A stretch of DNA of 64,000 nucleotides. Origin: Lama guanicoe. Lineage: Eukaryota. A program made the position numbers and the translations under genes. The notes under the pieces were generated by a model. The model saw nothing but the letters and a program-made list of their open reading frames with translations, had not been told where the DNA came from and ran no database searches. This document shows positions 62,125-64,000 of this stretch, one piece after another. Numbering within the stretch: position 1 is the stretch's first letter; every line of letters begins with the position of its first letter. Where the stretch lies: positions 2,299,589 to 2,363,588 of the forward strand of contig MU053994.1 of NCBI GenBank assembly GCA_013239625.1. Reading direction: 5' to 3'.

Positions 62125-62610
62125 TGTTTCAGTTAAGATTCTGTACAGAAACTCAAAACAGCTGTGGTTTAAACAAAATGAAAGTTTATTTTCTTTCCTA
62201 TTAGAGTCAGGGGGTAGACAGGTCTGTTTCACAAAGTCATAAGGACTGAAGATCCATCCATTGCTTTGCCAAACCTAGGGTGTGGTCCTCACCTTTGTGA
62301 TCTAAGATGGCAGCTCCAGCTCCAGCCATCACATTGGCATTCCAGGCAGCAAAATGGAAGAATGAGTGAAGAATAAAACAGGGGGAAAGAGAAGTATGTC
62401 CCTTCCCTTTAAGGGCACATTCCAAAAGTTGCAGTCACCACTCCTATTTTGACTCTATAAATTAGTCACATGGCTGTACTAACTGCAAAGAAGGCTGGGA
62501 AATGTAGTCTTTGTTCCCGTTGATCATGTGCCCAGGTGAAAATTGGGGTTTCTATGTCTATGAAGGAAGGGAGAACATATATTGGGAGAGAGCTAGTTGT
62601 TTCTGCTACA
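62125..62610 (-). mobile_element. MLT1J-like MaLR LTR
   Basis: AAGATGGCAGCTCCAGCTCCAGCCATCAC...GCTGGGAAATGTAGTCTTT...TTCTGCTACA. Confidence 0.75.
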
Positions 62611-62644
62611 GTGACTTTGTCATCAAGGGGAGAAATTGGCTTTT

Positions 62645-64000
62645 AAAATTTTTTTATTGAAGTACAATCAGTTTACGATGTGTCAATTTCTGATGTATAG
62701 CAACATTTCAGTCATATATTTACATATATTCATTTTCATATTGTATTTCATTATGGGTTACTACAAGATATTGAATATAGTTCCCTGTGCTATACAGAAG
62801 AAATTTTTGTTTTTTATCTATTTTTATATATAGTAAATATTTGCAAATCTCGAACTCGTAATTTATCCCTTCCCACCCCCTTTTCCCCTGGTAACCATAA
62901 GATTGTTTGCTATGTCTGTGAGTCTGTTTTTGTTTTGTAGATGAGTTCATTGGTGTTTTATTTTTCCTTTTTTAAAGTTCTACATTAAATGATATCAAAT
63001 GGTATTTTTCTTTCTTTTTCTGGCTGACTTCACCTAGAATGATGATCTCTGGGTCCATCCATGTTGCTGCAAATGGCATTATTTTATTTTTTATGGCTAA
63101 GTAGTATTCCATTATATACATATACCATAGCTTTGTCAGTGTCACGATACCATGTACACATACACACCGTGTGCGAAGAGAGCTGATGGCTACTCTGAAG
63201 CTTTATTAAGTTGCACAGTCTTATATAGCAAAGAAGAATGACAAGGGAAATGGTTAACAGTCAGTGTCTGGCTCAAGGTCAGAAGACCCTTTATGTTTTG
63301 GTAAATCATGTTCGTGTTGGCACCAGTGAGCCTTACAGCTTATCAGGGCGGAATGTATGAGAAACGGCTGCTTCAAACATTCTTCTTGGCCAGGCTGTGC
63401 CTAGGTTGCCCCCCTCTGGGGATCTTACCCATCCTTGGCTAACCAGCCTTCTCACCTCTGAGTCTGCAGCTTTCTGTAACTTGTTTACCATTCTGGCCCA
63501 AGGCTCATTCCTTCGTTCCCACAGTTGGGGACTTACAAGCTTCTTTATCCAGTCCTCTGTTGATGGACATTTAGGCTCTTTCCATGTTTTGGCTATTGTA
63601 AATAGTGCTGCTATGAACATTGGGGCGCAGGTGTCATCCTGAAGTAGATTTCCTTCTGGATACAAGCCCAGGAGTGGAATTCCTGGGTCATATGGTAAGT
63701 CTATTCCTAGTCTTTTGAGGAATCGCCACACTGTTTTCCATAGTGGCTGCACCAAACTGCATTCCCACCAGCAGTGTAGGAGGGTTCCCCTTTCTCCACA
63801 GCCTCTCCAGCATTTGTCATTTGTGGATTTTTGAATGACGGCCATTCTGACTGGTGTGAGGTGATACCTCATTGTAGTTTTGATTTGCATTTCTCTGATA
63901 ATTAGTGATATTGAGCATTTTTTCATGTGCCTATTGACCATTTGTATGTCTTTCTTGGAGAATTGCTTGTTTAGGTCTTCTGCCCATTTTTGGATTGGGT
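62645..64000 (-). mobile_element. Young camelid L1: ORF2 C-terminus and 3'UTR, runs off the window end, interrupted by an LTR
   Basis: ORF 63333..63941 [30 protein letters not shown]...[19 protein letters not shown]...[21 protein letters not shown] is the L1 ORF2 cysteine-rich domain, open in frame. Confidence 0.95.
63134..63537 (-). mobile_element. Young solo LTR (404 bp), ERVK/beta-like architecture
   Basis: TG...CA termini, perfect 5-bp TSD AGCTT; minus-strand CTATATAA (63221-63228) followed closely by AATAAA (63202-63207). Confidence 0.8.

Noticed and set aside
63333..63941. 202-aa ORF as a host gene
   Set aside because: It is the L1 ORF2 C-terminus reading into an inserted LTR
1..64000. 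CRISPR arrays, operons or other prokaryotic systems
   Set aside because: The sequence is mammalian; there are no regularly spaced direct repeats and no dense coding

Overview
Mammalian genomic DNA, most likely a camelid. The evidence is a Vic-1-like tRNA SINE, artiodactyl-type L1 3' ends, and no Alu, Bov-tA, PRE-1 or Can-SINE that I could recognise. The window is intergenic or deep-intronic: I recognise no host protein-coding exon or RNA gene, and nearly all ORF-track entries are spurious or repeat-derived. It is a dense, often nested mosaic of L1, L2 and MIR, MaLR/ERVL/ERV1/ERVK LTRs and hAT/Tigger DNA transposons. Most notable: (1) a decayed Ty3/Gypsy integrase fossil at about 23.4-24.4 kb; (2) an ERV-L gag (Fv1-related) fragment broken by a clean ~215-bp inversion at 27.8-28.2 kb; (3) three L1-mediated insertions carrying non-repeat DNA, either transductions or retrocopies (20.1, 25.3 and 46.8 kb); (4) a partial MER21/ERV-L provirus at 49.9-55.2 kb hit by four younger insertions; (5) a young ERVK-like solo LTR inside a young L1 at 63.1-63.5 kb. 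Repeat family names come from recalled consensus sequences, not a database search, so subfamily labels and most boundaries are approximate. I found no convincing new functional biological system.
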